DNA of 64,000 nucleotides from a virus (Duplodnaviria; Heunggongvirae; Uroviricota; Caudoviricetes): IMG/VR virus record IMGVR_UViG_3300049174_000031; one strand, 5' to 3'. Shown piece by piece: positions 31,632 to 41,376 of this stretch (position 1 is its first letter; each line of letters starts with the position of its first letter). The notes under the pieces were generated by a model. It saw only the letters and a program-made list of their open reading frames with translations, ran no database searches and was not told where the DNA came from. The position numbers and the translations under genes were made by a program.

Positions 31632-31770
31632 TTCCCCCTGGCGTGGTGTGGACAGTAGTGGCGTTTACCGCGGCGCACCCAGCCCGCGGGCAGGTCGTGC
31701 CCGTACTGGCGCTCCTCGGCCGAGCAGCGAGTGGTGTCGCACTGCACGTAGACCTCCAACTGCTGTTCGG
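31632..31770 (-). CDS. Small Cys/His-rich ORF (46 aa) missing from ORF track
   Basis: MTEQQLEVYVQCDTTRCSAEERQYGHDLPAGWVRRGKRHYCPHHARGK by manual translation. Confidence 0.35.
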
Positions 31771-32115
31771 TCATACCCATTTTCCCTTTCCCAGGTCACG
31801 GTAGTAGTGCAGACGCGCCAGCGCCTTGAATCTGGCCTCGTCCTCGTCCTTGCGCAGCGCCCAGCCACGGTATTTGCCGTCGGTGACGCTGACCTCGTAC
31901 TGGCCGTCGTCGCGCTCCTTGACAGTCCAGATCAGATCACCCGGCATGTTCTGCCCGCAAGTCGGACAGGTGACACTGGCGATGCTGGCGTGCTCGCTCT
32001 TGGGTTTGCCGCACAACTCGCCGCCACCGATCCCAGCGCAGCAGAACTCGACGTTCTCGATCATCCCCGCGGTGGGGTCGTAGGAGCCGGGGGTCCAGTG
32101 ATGGTCGGTGATCAT
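31771..32115 (-). CDS. Cys-rich hypothetical protein (114 aa)
   Basis: CCAGIGGGELCGKPK...CPTCGQ zinc-ribbon-like. Confidence 0.5.
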   Translation of the reverse strand: MITDHHWTPGSYDPTAGMIENVEFCCAGIGGGELCGKPKSEHASIASVTCPTCGQNMPGDLIWTVKERDDGQYEVSVTDGKYRGWALRKDEDEARFKALARLHYYRDLGKGKWV

Positions 32116-32271
32116 GGCTAATGGTCCACCATCAGCGGATGAGGCTTCTTACAGTCGCAGGGCTGACGCACCGTCTTGGCCGTCTGCTCCACCCACACGG
32201 CATCGACGTGGGTGCAGCCCTTGATGTTGTGCTGATAGACCCGGTGCCCGCACCAGGGGCAAAAGTTCCAG
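32113..32271 (-). CDS. Small zinc-finger ORF (52 aa) missing from ORF track
   Basis: MAWNFCPWCGHRVYQHNIKGCTHVDAVWVEQTAKTVRQPCDCKKPHPLMVDH. Confidence 0.35.
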
Positions 32272-32359
32272 GCCATCAGGTCACCACTTACTCATACCCC
32301 AGCACAGCGCGGTGAAGATGAGCGCCATAGCCACCCCGAACGCCAGGATGTTCCAGGCC

Positions 32360-32554
32360 TCACACATTTTTAGGCATGAAGGCATAGGGGGCCATCTCGC
32401 CCTCGGGCACCTCCATGGTCAGTTTGCCCTCGGCGTCACAGCCGAACGGGATGCGCTGCAGGCTCAGGTTGCGCAGGTCACCCCAGGCCTCCAACGCCTT
32501 CCACAGGCCCTCATGGGTGATGACGATCTCGCGGCCCTCGAAGTTGTCAGGCAT
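32360..32554 (-). CDS. Small hypothetical protein (~64 aa)
   Basis: MPDNFEGREIVITHEGLWKALEAWGDL...; the rest of track ORF 32360..32791 is junk frame. Confidence 0.4.
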   Translation of the reverse strand: MPDNFEGREIVITHEGLWKALEAWGDLRNLSLQRIPFGCDAEGKLTMEVPEGEMAPYAFMPKNV

Positions 32555-32948
32555 GGGGCTTCCTTTCGTTGGGATCGAGCCAGGGCTGGAACTTGGACAC
32601 GTCATACCCCTCCTCGGCCTCGGCGGCCAGCTCGTCGGAGGACTTGCCGAAGATGCGCCGCACCTGGGCCTCGTCCTCGGCGGTGGCCGGGAGCACCGGA
32701 GCGTGCTCGCGGACCTCGGAGAGCCACACTCCCAGCAGGTGCGGGGGCCAGACCTCCTGCAGCTTGGCGACCAGACGCTGGGTGGTGGCAATGGGATCGT
32801 CGGTCAGGATGGTCACGGTGTACTGCAGCCGCTTGAAGCCGGGGTTGAGCGCTGCACAGCGCTCATCCACCAGGTCGTAGTCGCAGTGACAGGTGGCCCG
32901 CTCGCCCCCGCTGGGGTCAGTCGTGGTCGGCAGATGTCGAAAGCTCAT
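32547..32948 (-). CDS. Hypothetical protein (133 aa)
   Basis: ORF with real-looking composition. Confidence 0.5.
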   Translation of the reverse strand: MSFRHLPTTTDPSGGERATCHCDYDLVDERCAALNPGFKRLQYTVTILTDDPIATTQRLVAKLQEVWPPHLLGVWLSEVREHAPVLPATAEDEAQVRRIFGKSSDELAAEAEEGYDVSKFQPWLDPNERKPHA

Positions 32949-33150
32949 CTCTCTCCTCTTTGGCCAGCCTGATGACGGCCATGGCCAGTAGTCCGACGGC
33001 CTTGTTGCGGTTGAGCCCGGAGTCGTCCAGCTCGCCGAACACCGCGGCCAGCAGCTTCTCGTCGGCCAGGCCGGGCCGCTTGTCGCGGGCCTTGCGCACC
33101 GCGTCGATGAAGTGGTCCAGGGCGGTCTCGAAGGCGTCCTGGGCGCTCAC
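32917..33150 (-). CDS. Hypothetical protein (~78 aa)
   Basis: Probable GTG start (VSAQDAFETALDHFIDAVRKA...). Confidence 0.4.
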   Translation of the reverse strand: MSAQDAFETALDHFIDAVRKARDKRPGLADEKLLAAVFGELDDSGLNRNKAVGLLAMAVIRLAKEERDELSTSADHD

Positions 33151-33416
33151 AGCTGCTCCTCCTCGATCTCGGCCAACTCCTTGGCCTCCTGGTCGGTCTT
33201 GAGCAGATCGAGCACGCCGGGGACCTTGATCGCCATCCCGGTGATCGAACCCAGCGCGAAGCTCTCCTCGGGCACGGCGTTCTCGCCGCGCTCCATCATC
33301 CGGTCCATGCAGTACTGGGCGATCTCGGCCAGCTTGGCCAGCGCCAGCTTGAGCTGCGGGTTGGAGGCGTCGGCCATCTTGAGCACCTGGGCGGCGAACT
33401 CCTCGGAGGTGCTCAT
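33147..33416 (-). CDS. Hypothetical acidic protein (89 aa)
   Basis: ORF; ATGA overlap. Confidence 0.5.
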   Translation of the reverse strand: MSTSEEFAAQVLKMADASNPQLKLALAKLAEIAQYCMDRMMERGENAVPEESFALGSITGMAIKVPGVLDLLKTDQEAKELAEIEEEQL

Positions 33417-33787
33417 ATGCGGCCTCGCAGCCGGTCTGCCCGCAGCTCGGCCCGGCGCAGCGCATCCTGCTGCGTCCCGAAGCTCACACCCACCTGCGAG
33501 GAGGTGTTGTTGAACCAGCCCGCCGAGACCTGGTACTCGTAGCTGCAGTAGGGGTCGTCATCGAGCAGGTCGTTGCGGCCCGCCCAGTAGCGGTAGAGCT
33601 TGGACACCACGCCCACCTTGGTGCCCTTGTCCACGTCGTAGATGTCGTCGCCGGGCTTGAGTGTGGAGATCTCGACCATCTTGGCGTCCAGCCAGTCCCG
33701 GCGGGTCTTGATGGCCGTGTTCACGGCGTCGTTGAGGGCTTCCAACTCGGCCTGCTCCACCACGGACAGTTGGCGCTGGGTGCTCAT
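33413..33787 (-). CDS. Hypothetical protein (124 aa)
   Basis: ORF. Confidence 0.5.
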   Translation of the reverse strand: MSTQRQLSVVEQAELEALNDAVNTAIKTRRDWLDAKMVEISTLKPGDDIYDVDKGTKVGVVSKLYRYWAGRNDLLDDDPYCSYEYQVSAGWFNNTSSQVGVSFGTQQDALRRAELRADRLRGRI

Positions 33788-34100
33788 TCACTCTCCCGGT
33801 ACAAGTAGTCGTGGTCCCTGCGCACCAGCCACTCCGCGCCACCGGCCAGGCCGCGGTCGTGGCTGGTGAGATGGTCGATCAGCGCCACACGGGCACTGTC
33901 CTCGTCGGGCATGGACCCCGAGTCGGTGGCCAACTCCTCCCACGGGTTGTAGCCGCAGGCACAGGCCAGCATGTGAAGAGGACATGTGCACTCCTGCATC
34001 GACTTGCCGCACTGCTCGCAGGGCCGCTTCGCAGCGTCGAGGGCCGCCTGCAAGGCCGCCAGACCCGTTGGCCCCGTTGTCGTCTTGAACACACGGGTCA
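33784..34100 (-). CDS. Cys-rich hypothetical protein (~105 aa)
   Basis: Real start MTRVFKTTTG; CEQCGKSMQECTCPLHMLACACGYNP. Confidence 0.45.
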
Positions 34101-34289
34101 TGACGCCCACTCCTGCCCGGCCCGGCTCATCAGGAACTCCACGGCCAGGATGCGGGCCTGCGACTCGTTCATATCGGCCAGCGGCATGGTGATACCGAAG
34201 CCCTTGTCGTGCTCGGCCGCCCACGTCAAGAAGGTCACGATCAGCTCGCGCCGCGCCACATCGACGGGCACCTTGTTCACCGCGGCCAT
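34098..34289 (-). CDS. Hypothetical protein (63 aa)
   Basis: ORF. Confidence 0.45.
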   Translation of the reverse strand: MAAVNKVPVDVARRELIVTFLTWAAEHDKGFGITMPLADMNESQARILAVEFLMSRAGQEWAS

Positions 34290-34555
34290 TATCGCCGCCC
34301 CTCCCAGTCCCGGCGCATCGAGTCAACAGCGCGATCCACCGCGGCCTCGTCCTCGGGGGACAAGTCGGACGGCGAGACCAGCCGCCCCTCCTGCTTGGCG
34401 GCCCAGTCATGCAGAGTGGTGCGGAAGTTGACGAAGGCCATCAGCGCGGTGTGCTGGTCATCGCAGACCATACAGCCCGACACCGGGTGCTTGTGTCGTT
34501 CGTCGTGTCGCAACAGCGACGATATGTCGTCGTCACTGAGGGTCAGTTCAATCAT
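34289..34555 (-). CDS. Hypothetical protein (~88 aa)
   Basis: Start MIELTLSDDD; contains CMVCDD. Confidence 0.45.
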   Translation of the reverse strand: MIELTLSDDDISSLLRHDERHKHPVSGCMVCDDQHTALMAFVNFRTTLHDWAAKQEGRLVSPSDLSPEDEAAVDRAVDSMRRDWEGRR

Positions 34556-34609
34556 CTCGATTCCTCCCTGGTTGGGTAGCAACAGTCTAGCAAACATCGC
34601 GCTGTGGAC

Positions 34610-34960
34610 TCAGCAAACTTGAGGGGGCGGCGGGCCTTCATCGTGTACAGGGGTGGTCCGCTCTCCCGCAAGGTGCCCACTTGCGGACACCCGGTGCGCG
34701 GTTTCCGTTGCCTGGACCCCCAGCTCGACCTCGCTCGGCGCTTCGCGAGCTTCGCGTTCCGAGCGTACCGCCTTTGTCAACCCCCGGTGAGCCAACACGC
34801 GGGCGTGCTTGGCCAGCACCTCATCGACGTGGCGGGCGGCCGGGCCCTCCGCGGTCTGGTGGAAGCTCTGCCGGATGCGGGTGGGCTTGCGGCCCTGCTG
34901 GAACTTGGGCAGCTTGTCGGCCATGGTCAGCACCAGCAGTGGTGGATCAGGAAGTGGCAT
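34610..34960 (-). CDS. Hypothetical basic protein (116 aa); contains internal GC-rich hairpin
   Basis: ORF; imperfect palindrome CGCTCGG...CCGAGCG at ~34722-34758 lies inside it. Confidence 0.4.
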   Translation of the reverse strand: MPLPDPPLLVLTMADKLPKFQQGRKPTRIRQSFHQTAEGPAARHVDEVLAKHARVLAHRGLTKAVRSEREAREAPSEVELGVQATETAHRVSASGHLAGERTTPVHDEGPPPPQVC

Positions 34961-35052
34961 ACGCCCAGGTAGATGACCAGCCAGAAGGGGGTGGAGAACA
35001 CCAGGCCCCAGAACACCCCGACACAGGCGTTGCCGTCGTCGTGGATGCCCCT
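34927..35052 (-). CDS. Small membrane peptide (~41 aa)
   Basis: GTGA overlap with upstream stop; IHDDGNACVGVFWGLVFSTPFWLVIYLGVCHFLIHHCWC. Confidence 0.35.
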   Translation of the reverse strand, partial: RGIHDDGNACVGVFWGLVFSTPFWLVIYLGVCHFLIHHCWC

Positions 35053-35210
35053 CACAGCGGCACCACGATCACGGTGGTGGAGAAGCCCTTGCACACCCGG
35101 TTCAGGTGGCTCGGGCAGCTGAACTCGCTGACCCCCGCACCGTCGGGCTGGGGCTGGGTGACCCGCCAACTGGCGACCTTGGGGCACTCGTAGCAGCGGT
35201 AGACCCTCAT
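35052..35210 (-). CDS. Small Cys-rich protein (~52 aa)
   Basis: MRVYRCYECPKVASWRV...CPSHLNRVCKG. Confidence 0.4.
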   Translation of the reverse strand: MRVYRCYECPKVASWRVTQPQPDGAGVSEFSCPSHLNRVCKGFSTTVIVVPL

Positions 35211-35422
35211 CCGTACCTCCTCCGGTAGGGGGTGTGGTGGCTCTTCTGGGCGTGTTTGTGCAGCTGGCGCAGCACGGTGGCCGGGCGCATCACCCAGTCC
35301 CCGCAACGCCCGCACCGCGTGCAGCGATAGCGGTAGAACTTGGTCGGGCCCTTGTCCACGGTCTGCCCGCACATGGTCTGCACGCAGGCCGGGTGCACGT
35401 AGACACGGCAGTCGTCGGTCAT
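35207..35422 (-). CDS. Small Cys-rich protein (71 aa)
   Basis: CVQTMCGQ...CTRCGRCGDW zinc-ribbon pattern. Confidence 0.5.
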   Translation of the reverse strand: MTDDCRVYVHPACVQTMCGQTVDKGPTKFYRYRCTRCGRCGDWVMRPATVLRQLHKHAQKSHHTPYRRRYG

Positions 35423-35775
35423 CCCCAGCTGTCCTCGGGCGGGCTGCCGGGGCGGCCCCAGCAGGGATATTTGCGCTCGGCGTCCACCAGGCCCACCCCG
35501 GCCGGTGGGAGGCAGTGGCGCTGGTTTCCGGCATGGCTCCCGGCGCGGTGCATGTCGAAGGCCGTGATCCCGGTGAAGGTCTCATGGCAGGCCGAACAGT
35601 GACAGGTGTTCAGCCCGCCCCAGTCCTTCCCGCACTTGCGGCAGACAGTGCGGTCAGGGCTGCGCGGGGCAGGATTCTCAGCCACTTTCGGGGCCTGGGT
35701 GGTGTCCGTGTGCCCGAGCGAGCAGTCCGAGGGCTCTGAGGGGCTCTGGGAGGGCTTTATCGGGGTTTCGGTCAT
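35419..35775 (-). CDS. Zinc-finger protein (118 aa)
   Basis: CRKCGKDWGGLNTCHCSACHETF. Confidence 0.5.
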   Translation of the reverse strand: MTETPIKPSQSPSEPSDCSLGHTDTTQAPKVAENPAPRSPDRTVCRKCGKDWGGLNTCHCSACHETFTGITAFDMHRAGSHAGNQRHCLPPAGVGLVDAERKYPCWGRPGSPPEDSWG

Positions 35776-35966
35776 GGCTGCTCCTTTCGCGCCTCTTCGC
35801 AGGCGGCCTTGGCCTTCCAGAGCAGGTCGTAGGCGGCCCCCACCCGGATGCCGGGGCCGTGCGGCTCCCAGACCACCTGGTTGCCCTTGCGGTGCCCGTG
35901 CACCTTGCGGATGGAGTAGTGGCCCTCCTTGGCGACGTAGCCGTTGGGCCAGCGAATCCAGGTCAT
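35772..35966 (-). CDS. Hypothetical protein (64 aa)
   Basis: ORF; ATGA overlap. Confidence 0.45.
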   Translation of the reverse strand: MTWIRWPNGYVAKEGHYSIRKVHGHRKGNQVVWEPHGPGIRVGAAYDLLWKAKAACEEARKEQP

Positions 35967-36159
35967 CCCAGGCGCTCTCTGCAGGGGCCTTGAAGCCGGA
36001 TCACGCTGATGTAGGGTATCCCGTTGTTGCTGGGCAGGTGCTCCACCCAGCCTGGGGCGTAGAGCTTCTCGGAGCCGTAGTACACCTCCAAGTTGATCGG
36101 CCCCGGCTCGGGCTGCACCGTGGTGCCGTCGGCGTTGACGTAGCGGATGGGCATCATGC
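35963..36159 (-). CDS. Hypothetical protein (~65 aa)
   Basis: Start MMPIRYVNADGTT. Confidence 0.45.
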
Positions 36160-36360
36160 CTCCACCTGGGCTTCCGCAGAGGCCTGGGTCCAGGGGGTGC
36201 GGCCCCAGAACATGTCGGCCGGGACGTGGTGGGTGGTGCCCCACAGGTAGCGGTCCCCGTCGTAGCCCTTGAAGATGTAGCAGCCGCCGGGGCAGTGGTC
36301 GGTGTGGGACTCCATCCGAAAGTGCGGGCGTATGCCCGCCTCGATCAGCCAGTCACTCAC
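36154..36360 (-). CDS. Hypothetical protein (68 aa)
   Basis: ORF. Confidence 0.45.
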   Translation of the reverse strand: MSDWLIEAGIRPHFRMESHTDHCPGGCYIFKGYDGDRYLWGTTHHVPADMFWGRTPWTQASAEAQVEA

Positions 36361-36547
36361 CAGGGCCTCCTGTGTCGGTGATTGGGTGGACAGGTGTGCG
36401 CGGAGAACTCGATCCAGACGCGGTCAGGCCCCCGCGGGGGGCCGTAGAAGCCGAACTCGCTGGCTCCACTGCAGTTGTCGTCCAGGCTGTTGGCCAGGTG
36501 GTCGGACAGCCAGCGCCGGGCCAGGCGCAGCTTCCAGCTGCCGGGGA

Positions 36548-36775
36548 TCACAGTCCCCAACTCGGGGAGTTGACCATGATGTTGATCAGCATCGCCGCCA
36601 TCAGGATGTTGAAGCCGCACTGGATGGCCACGATCCACCACATGGCGGTGAGCACCTTGCGCAGCTCGACCTGGGTCACCGGGTCATCGCGCCCGCCGCC
36701 CCCGGCGGGGGGCGGGGCGGGGTAGTTGGCGTAAAGGGGCGGGGTGGGGCTGGCCCACGGGTCGTGGTGTGTCAC
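36548..36775 (-). CDS. Small membrane protein (75 aa)
   Basis: LTAMWWIVAIQCGFNILMAAMLINIMV TM segment. Confidence 0.45.
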   Translation of the reverse strand: MTHHDPWASPTPPLYANYPAPPPAGGGGRDDPVTQVELRKVLTAMWWIVAIQCGFNILMAAMLINIMVNSPSWGL

Positions 36776-36905
36776 CAGTACTTCCTCGGGGGGTGGTGCC
36801 AGTGCAGGTTGCAGACCCAGCGGGGGAGTTCGCCCCCGGCTCGCAGCATCCTGGCGGTGGCCTTGTGGCGGCAGCGCGACCCTCGGGCCGTCTGGGCTTC
36901 ACATC

Positions 36906-37091
36906 TCATGTCAACCTCCTCAGGCAGTCGTGACGGATGAGATGCTCGGGGGGTGTGTTCTGGCAGTCGATGAGGCGCAGCACGGCAAACCCCTCGTCGC
37001 GGCGTGCGTTGACCTCGGGACAGTCGAGATCGTGCAGTAACGAGCCCCCCTCGTTGTCTGCCACCAGGGCATAGCTATCACCCATCTTCAC
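36906..37091 (-). CDS. Hypothetical protein (61 aa)
   Basis: ORF. Confidence 0.4.
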   Translation of the reverse strand: MKMGDSYALVADNEGGSLLHDLDCPEVNARRDEGFAVLRLIDCQNTPPEHLIRHDCLRRLT

Positions 37092-37317
37092 TGCCGCCCG
37101 GAAGGCCAGCGGAAGGCTGCGGGGATCGGTGGTGACCCGTCACCGGGCCGCTCGCCGGAAGGGTAGCCGCCCTTGCGTACCCAGTCGCAGACCGTCATGG
37201 AGAACCACCCCTTGCCCTTCTCGCAGCGCTGCCAGATGCCGAACAGCGGGCTGCGGGTGACCTGAATGGTGCCCACCGGCCAGGTCGAGGGCCGGGTCCT
37301 GCGGTGCCGCCCGGCCA

Positions 37318-37539
37318 TCACCACATCCCCCACCAGGGCGGGATGCCCGCCACCCAGTCGGCCACGGTCAGCCAGGCCATCACGGTGAGGGTGGTCAGCA
37401 CGAACATCACCCCGACGGCCAGGACCAGGGCCCCCGCGGTGGCTGCGCATTTGCGGATGACCACCCCCTTGCCCGTCTGCCCGGACTGGGACTCCGAAAG
37501 GTCAGAGTCAGCCGCAACTTTCCATGGAGTCATGAGCAC
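37318..37539 (-). CDS. Small membrane protein (73 aa)
   Basis: AGALVLAVGVMFVLTTLTVMAWLTV TM segment. Confidence 0.45.
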   Translation of the reverse strand: MLMTPWKVAADSDLSESQSGQTGKGVVIRKCAATAGALVLAVGVMFVLTTLTVMAWLTVADWVAGIPPWWGMW

Positions 37540-37603
37540 CCCGTGTATGCAGCGAGCCAGATGCTGGCTGAGAACAGCAGTCCTTCGAGTGTGGGGATCA
37601 GGC

Positions 37604-37964
37604 TCATCCGGTCACACTGCCTTCGGCCGGGATCTTGTCCACGGTCCCGAGCGTCTTGGCCTGCTCGTATCCCTGCCGGGCGAGCCTGCCGCGTGGGGTG
37701 TTCTCGAATCTGGGAAAAGACACCAGCTTGCCGTCGTGTTTGCGCAGGTCGTAGAGCAAGGCATGCACGGCGTAGTGGCAGCTGTCGCACAGGGAGGCCA
37801 GGTTGGAGGTCTTTGTCAGCCCGCCGCAGGCCTGCGGGAGGATGTGGTGCCAGACGTAGCGCAGGGGCTGCGGGGAGTGGCGGGCGAACAGCTGGCAGTG
37901 GGTGGCGTGCCCGATGCCGAAGATGAACTCGGTGCCGCCTGCGTGGTCCATCGTCACTCCCATC
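37604..37964 (-). CDS. HNH (His-Me finger) nuclease (~120 aa)
   Basis: Real start MGVTMDHAGG; YVWHHILPQACGGLTKTSNLASLCDSCHYAVH HNH motif. Confidence 0.6.
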
Positions 37965-38172
37965 CGGTTCGGTACTCGACGTGCATCCCCCCGATGACCG
38001 CGGTGCCGTGGCGCAGCCTGTCGTAGTGCTCGTCGCAGACCAGGGCCCTGTCCTCGGCCCAGCCCGCCTCGGGGTCGCGGTGGACGTTGCGGGCGTTGTG
38101 GGTCGCCGGGGCGGGGCAACCCGAGAATGCGCAGCTGTCGTCGGTCATTAGGACCTCTAAATAGACCCACAA
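37954..38172 (-). CDS. Small Cys-rich protein (72 aa)
   Basis: SGCPAP...VCDEHYDRL. Confidence 0.45.
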   Translation of the reverse strand: MWVYLEVLMTDDSCAFSGCPAPATHNARNVHRDPEAGWAEDRALVCDEHYDRLRHGTAVIGGMHVEYRTGWE

Positions 38173-38241
38173 CAGGGTGTGGATTTGTGGATGACCACCG
38201 CCGTGCTCCCGTCGCCGCGCCGGGACTCCGAAAGGACAGGG

Positions 38242-38497
38242 TCAGCCGCGAACATCTGACCCTCCCTCGGCCAGCTCGGTCAACAGCGTGTCGAGCACTG
38301 CGTTGTGTGCGCCCAGTGACATCCAGATCGCAGCGAGTGATGATTTGATCGCTTGATTCGAGACCTCGCCCGGCGCGAGAAGCTCGGCGGTATCCACTCT
38401 TCTCGCGGCCTCGATCATCTCGCGGTGATTGGCGCGGAGTTGTTTGACCAGCTCTTTGTCGATCATCACCAGTTTTCTATCATCCCTGGCCATCGAC
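38242..38497 (-). CDS. Hypothetical protein (~84 aa)
   Basis: Start MARDDRKLVMIDKELV. Confidence 0.45.
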
Positions 38498-38680
38498 GGC
38501 CTCCGGGATCGGGAGGGCACCAGGCCCCGCTCGGGGGCCGCCCAGGTCGATGCCCAGCAGCTCGGCCTCGGCCTTGACGGCTTCGGCGAAGGGCTCGCAG
38601 ACACTCTTGCTCGGCCCGAAGCCCAGCGCCTGGTAGAGCAGGTTGGAGATGGCCATGGCCAGCAGTGGGGTCTCGATCAT
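38480..38680 (-). CDS. Hypothetical protein (66 aa)
   Basis: ORF. Confidence 0.4.
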   Translation of the reverse strand: MIETPLLAMAISNLLYQALGFGPSKSVCEPFAEAVKAEAELLGIDLGGPRAGPGALPIPEAVDGQG

Positions 38681-39003
38681 GGGGCTCCTTCGGTTGGGGT
38701 TGCGGCCCTGAGAAGATCCTGCTCCTTGCGCACGCCGATTGCCTCAAGATGCAACGCGGTCTCGGGGTGGGTGGGGCGCAGGATCTTGGCGGCCCGCCGC
38801 AGCACCTCGATGTCCGCGGCGGCCTCGCGGGCCTGCTGGACCGCGATCCATTTGGGCGGGGTGTACACCTCGGCCCCCGACGGGGGCCTGGGGTCCAGCT
38901 GGTCGTGCCAGTTGCGGCAGTTGCCGCAATAGCGCTCGGCCACGTCGGTCTCGTTGTAACTCGTCATGCCGCACTGGGGGCAGGTGATGGACTCCTCGGT
39001 CAT
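38677..39003 (-). CDS. Zinc-ribbon protein (108 aa)
   Basis: CPQCGMTSY...CGNCRNW. Confidence 0.5.
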   Translation of the reverse strand: MTEESITCPQCGMTSYNETDVAERYCGNCRNWHDQLDPRPPSGAEVYTPPKWIAVQQAREAAADIEVLRRAAKILRPTHPETALHLEAIGVRKEQDLLRAATPTEGAP

Positions 39004-39212
39004 TTCGCCGGGCCCTTCTCGATGGCCGCCTTGATGCGATCCCAGGTGGCCAGCGAGGCCTTCTCCTTGCCGTTGAGAATGCGCGAGATCCGCGGCCGGG
39101 AGATGCCACTGCGCCGGGCCACCTCGGTGCGAGTGAGGCCGTGCCGGGTCATCTCCGTGTTCGCCGCGGAGATGATGAACTGCTCGAAGGACGGCACGGG
39201 AGAACCGTACAC
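39000..39212 (-). CDS. XRE-type helix-turn-helix DNA-binding protein (70 aa)
   Basis: LTRTEVARRSGISRPRISRILNGKEKASLAT classic HTH_XRE. Confidence 0.6.
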   Translation of the reverse strand: MYGSPVPSFEQFIISAANTEMTRHGLTRTEVARRSGISRPRISRILNGKEKASLATWDRIKAAIEKGPAK

Positions 39213-39236
39213 CCTGTCATCACGTTGCGCCTAGCA

Positions 39237-39896
39237 TCACGTACTCCCTGCCATCACAGATTGCCTCTCCCGCAGCAGGTGCCAGGTGCTCAGCTTGAGC
39301 GGCTCCCACAGCTCGGGGTCGGGCTCGAACGGGGGTGTGGCCCCGGCCGGGGGCCACCCCACGAACGCCAGGACGGCCTCGCCGGGTCGGCGCAGCTGGA
39401 CGGGGAAGGCGTGGGTCGGGCCGCCCGGAGTCGGGGAGGGAATCCAAAGGGTGGCCGGGATGCCGGGACAGTACTTAGCCGGGATGGGGATTTGCTGGCA
39501 TTGCTTGAACAGCTTGGAGACCTCGCTGTTCTTCTCGGCGACGGTGTAGCGGCGGGGGACCAGAATCCCGGTGCGGTCCAGCCGCCACCACCTCGGTGGG
39601 TCGCCCATCCCCGGCGGGGGATACAGACCCACCAGGTGATCGGAGGCTATGCCTGCGATGCGAATCTCGTTGCCCCGCTTGTACTTTCGTGACTTGTACG
39701 GGTGGGGGAACCCGGAGATCTTGTACAGCTTGGCAATTCGGTTGCGCCAGGAGCGGTGATCCTTCTCCCAAAGTTGGTATGCCTCAACAACTTTGGGAGA
39801 GGTGGAGTACCACCACGCCGCGGGGGTGTCGCCGGGCGGGAGCGGGCCGAGGACCTCGGCCAGCTCGGACACGCTGGCGGTGAGCGGGAGGCTCAC
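39237..39896 (-). CDS. Hypothetical protein (219 aa)
   Basis: ORF. Confidence 0.5.
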   Translation of the reverse strand: MSLPLTASVSELAEVLGPLPPGDTPAAWWYSTSPKVVEAYQLWEKDHRSWRNRIAKLYKISGFPHPYKSRKYKRGNEIRIAGIASDHLVGLYPPPGMGDPPRWWRLDRTGILVPRRYTVAEKNSEVSKLFKQCQQIPIPAKYCPGIPATLWIPSPTPGGPTHAFPVQLRRPGEAVLAFVGWPPAGATPPFEPDPELWEPLKLSTWHLLRERQSVMAGST

Positions 39897-40119
39897 CCCC
39901 AGTGGTCCTCGGCCATCGGGGGTTCCGGCGGCTGCGCCGCCGGGAAAAACGGCCGACGCGGGACCGCGTCGGGCGGGATCGGGGCAATTTCGATGAGATT
40001 GGGGAGATTGGGGGGTGGGTGAGGGGGTGGGTGGTGGGAGCGGAAATACCAGGCTGCAGTGCCCACCACCAGGCCCACGAAGAAGCCCACGATATAGGAG
40101 CTGACCAGGTCATACATCG
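39893..40119 (-). CDS. Small membrane protein with poly-Pro/His segment
   Basis: MYDLVSSYIVGFFVGLVVGTAAWYF TM segment. Confidence 0.4.
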
Positions 40120-40317
40120 TCAGGGGCCCTTCAGGATGTCGTTGATTTTGCGGGTGTGCTCCGGGCACAGGTCGTAATCGAGCACCGATGTTGAGATTGG
40201 TTTGCCGTCGTAGACCGTGATACGCGACCAGCCTGCGTCACTGCGAGCTGGTGAGGGGCTCATCGGGGGGATGTCCAGGGTGTTGTTGCAGGTAGCGACA
40301 TCACAGGTGAGTTCCAT
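40120..40317 (-). CDS. Cys-rich hypothetical protein (~66 aa)
   Basis: MELTCDVATCNNTLD...CPEHT. Confidence 0.4.
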   Translation of the reverse strand: MELTCDVATCNNTLDIPPMSPSPARSDAGWSRITVYDGKPISTSVLDYDLCPEHTRKINDILKGP

Positions 40318-40883
40318 CAGGCCTCCTCGATAGGGGTGAGAGTGGGGGTCGGCTCGGTGAGCCACTCGTTCAGCAGGGTCTTATTGGTTGCTGAGCGGAC
40401 TCCGTTGAGGACCGCGGTGGCCAGGTCGTCCAGGGTGTCCATGGTGATCTCTTTTGGCATGTGGGCTCCTGTTTGTCGTTTCCCCGATTTTAACTTCTCC
40501 GTAGCCTATTTGACGGGTGTTTGGTGTGCTCGCTGTGGGTGGAGTAGTAGTCCCCCAGCACGGCCGCCACCAGGGCCAGGTCCTCCGGGCCGTGGTGACA
40601 GACGGTCCCGTACACCGTCGCCCGTCCGGTGATGTGGTGGTGGTGGTGTATCTCGTAGGCGTATTCGTGCGGGTGCGGTGTTCTTCTGATGCTCATGGTG
40701 GCCATCGGGGTGCCGTTGCGCAGGATGTCGAGGGATAGGCTCACGGCGCTGGGCTTTTTCGGCCGGGTTCGCAGAATGGGCAGAGCACGTAGCGCGGTGT
40801 GACGGTGGGGGTGTTTTCGGCCGCGGCCCGGTATCCGATCCTGCCGCAGTCGGGGCACTCGACCTTGACCCAGTCCAGCATGT

Positions 40884-41221
40884 CTAAGTGATGTCGGGGT
40901 GTCGGCGCAGCTGCTCGATGAGCATGTCGTTGAAGGCTGCGATGCGCTCGCCTGAGATGGTGCGGTCCACGTCGAGGCCTTCGGCCTCCATCTGGTCCAT
41001 CGCCCTCATACCGCAGTTGTCCAGCTCGGCCCTGACCTCGTCCCAGTCCGTGGGGGTTCTCGGGCCGCCTATGGCCACGGTGCGGACGATGTGACCGTTC
41101 TCCACGAAGTGGATGAGGCCGCGGGCCTGCCCCTGGCGGGGGCCCGCGGACATCCGGCGAAGGATGGTGACCAGGAGGGCACCCAGGACGAGCGCAGTCG
41201 GGAGAAGAAGCACAATCATAG
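40884..41221 (-). CDS. Membrane-anchored hypothetical protein (~112 aa)
   Basis: MIVLLLPTALVLGALLVTIL N-terminal TM segment. Confidence 0.45.
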
Positions 41222-41376
41222 GTCGCCCTGGTATGCCGCCGGGAACCAGCCGCCCTGGCTGTCCTGCAGGATGCGCCGCTTGCAGCGCACGCACCGTGAG
41301 GTCATCGAGCAGCCGTCGAAGCCCTGTGCTGGGCCGGGCTTGCAGCCGAACACTTCGAGGAATCTCTGCCACCGCG

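Noticed and set aside
34720-34760. GC-rich imperfect palindrome CGCTCGGCGCTTCGCGAGCTTCGCGTTCCGAGCG as a terminator
   Set aside because: It lies inside ORF 34610-34960 and lacks a U-tract on the transcribed (minus) strand. Possibly an RNA structure, but not a convincing terminator.
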